Origin: the human T2T-CHM13v2.0 reference genome, Homo sapiens
NCBI RefSeq assembly: GCF_009914755.1
Contig: NC_060928.1
Strand: one strand, 5' to 3'
DNA length: 64,000 bases
Of this stretch, positions 61,793 through 64,000 are shown in pieces. The position numbers and the translations under genes were made by a program. The notes under the pieces were generated by a model. It saw nothing but the letters and a program-made list of their open reading frames with translations, did no database searches and had not been told where the DNA came from. Every line of letters begins with the position of its first letter. The first letter of the stretch is position 1.

Positions 61793-64000
61793 AGGCCCCC
61801 TTTTCCTTTTTGTAAAGCGATAAAGGCATAGGCAGCTTTGTCATGGTGGGCTACTTCTCGCAAGATTCGGGATCCGCATCTGTAGGCTACAGACTACACA
61901 GATTAAAAGCACAGTCATAGAAATCAGAGTCTCCAAGTGTCTTGATCCATTTTAATGGGTTAATAGCTGCTAATCCATCTGCAGCTCCTTCAAGCACTGG
62001 CATTAGCGTCAGATGTTCCTGAGAGGCTTCTGAAATACTTGTTCCTTCAGTTTTGCAATATCTGAAGAAAATATCCAGTATGACCTTTTAAATGTTAACT
62101 TTTTCCCACTCATGCTGTTTCATTTCACAGATGAGGAGTAACGTAAAAAGAAGTACTCCAGTCACATTGTAACTGTACTCTATATTCTAACTACTCAATC
62201 TCCTAGCCACATTAGTTTGTTGGAGATCTCGTTGATGTGATTAGCTAGTTCGTGGTCTATTTGGGAACTCCACAGCAAAGTAGAATTTTCTACCAATTAT
62301 TTACATAGTCTGCTGTTTGTACTGTGTAATGCAAAGCAACTCCAGCTACTGTGGCAGCAGCTGTGACAACCTTTTGAAGAATTTTAGTAACAATATGCAC
62401 AGGAGAGGCTTCCCAAGGACAGGAAAGCTTTACGGGTATCCATACTCCTCCTCGGGCTCTTACCACTAAAATAGAATGATCAGTATTATACAAGGAAGAA
62501 TTAACACAAGAAAACTACATTCCTGACAAGTTACATGATTAGGGAGATCAAGTTTTAAAAAACCCACTCTACCAACAGGAAAGGCAGATGGACACAACTC
62601 TGTATCCAGACTGAATCGTTAGGCCAATTCTACTATGTAATTAGGATTATATTGGGCTGGCTTAATAAATTTCCCTTCCCAAATCTTTTTTTCAGTGCCA
62701 TTAAGATTTTCCATAATTCCTTACGTTTAGCTCCTACAGCAGGCCATATCATTTGGGGTTGCGGTACCACTATACCATATGCCCAAATAATAGGAACCCT
62801 TGCTGTACTTAGTGTCCACCATCAGATTATTTTTTGTTTAGATGCAGAGTGACCACTACCTGCAGATTGAGAGGTGGGGCCTCATAGATGCCCCTTTAGG
62901 GGACCAATCAATAACTCCATATGAATCATTATGCAACACCTCTGCCTGCGTTATGATATGATCGTCTGAAATGCCTTCATTTTTTCTGACCATGTCCAAT
63001 CCACTTTACAGATAGGTTTTTGAGGGTGGTAAACCTTGGCTACAGGAGCATAATCATTGTAATAAATACTAAGATTGGAAAGCATATGTAAGTGCCGCAG
63101 AGATACGTTCAGGCACTATCCCCAGCCAAGATTGGGAGGTAAACGCCCATTGGCTTTCCCTAAGCAAATAGGTAAATGCTCAAATCCCAACAAGATATTC
63201 ATAATTGTTCCCTCCTCTTGGGGGTGAGACACGCCTCTATCTGTAGAAAAAGGCATCCAAAAGCTATCATTAGTGTATACCTCCACTAGGGGCTCTAAGC
63301 ATATTACTGGCCGTAGAAGTGGTAGAAAAGGAATATATGCCCAATATAATTGTTTCAGCAGTTACTGGGGCGGGGTGGGGGGAGTACTCATAGCAATGGT
63401 GAGCACAGCCGTCATAGCTATTATTAGATTATTCATCATAGCTGGTCATTCCGCCACCTTCAGATTTTCTTCTCCCATCTTTGTCAACTTCTTGATGTGG
63501 CCCCAGGTGAGTGGCTGTGCCTGGTGAGTGTTGCTTGCCGGGACTGGTGTCTTCCTTACTGTCAGTCTCGACATGGCTGCAATCGGGGGTCCTCGGGTTC
63601 CTTCCCAAATCTCTTCCTCAGCATCTGGCTCATAAGGTTTCAGGTACCTTGATGGTATCCAAGTTGGCTGCTGGTTTTGGCCTGGAGAAACACAAGCATA
63701 ACCTCTACCCCATGTTATTTTACCTATTTCCTAACTTTGTTATCAGACCTCTCCACCAAACCAGTCGTCTTGCTTCTGTCTTTGCCACTGGTTTCTATAG
63801 ATGTTGTTCAGCTGCTTGATAGCATCTGGCCTTTAGGCAGGCTCAGAAAATTTAAAGTCAATAATGCTAGATTCAATTGTATACTTGGAGTTCCATAGTC
63901 ACTGTTACCCGCAACCCCACACTTTGTTTTTGTAATTGCTGTTTTAGGGAGAGATTGATTCTACAATGGCTTGTCCTTATGAATTATGGGATGCCAGTAA
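61793..64000 (-). mobile_element. Defective HML-3 (betaretrovirus-like) internal region: env remnant (~61830-63575) and 3' end of pol integrase; runs off the window end
   Basis: Integrase TGIP.NS*GQAIVE (63960-63998). Env leader PLTWGHIKKLTK...[65 protein letters not shown]. Many stops and frameshifts. Confidence 0.92.

Overview
Primate, almost certainly human, genomic DNA at the 5' end of WDR1 (4p16.1). Bases 1-10.5 kb carry WDR1 on the minus strand: most of intron 2, coding exon 2 (9691-9812), coding exon 1 (10229-10244) and a CpG-island promoter, plus a 3'-truncated 5S rRNA pseudogene. The remaining ~53 kb has no intact protein-coding gene but is highly structured. Three tandem ~400-bp units with MYB and RFX motifs sit just behind the WDR1 promoter. 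Beyond them, nearly all recognisable insertions point the same way (minus): an HML-2 LTR5, two MLT2A LTRs, MLT1, L1, L2, an HML-3 provirus, and processed pseudogenes of germline or early-embryo genes (GAGE/PAGE, DPPA4, probably UBTF/UBTFL). The region also holds an old ~16-17 kb-period duplication, four young perfect minisatellites and many 2-5 bp deletions. My main hypothesis (inference, not proven by sequence) is a divergent plus-strand germline transcription unit, like a pachytene piRNA cluster, that would yield RNA antisense to HERV-K/ERVL and to cancer-testis or pluripotency mRNAs. Repeat-family and parent-gene assignments rest on recalled consensus and protein sequences, not on database searches.
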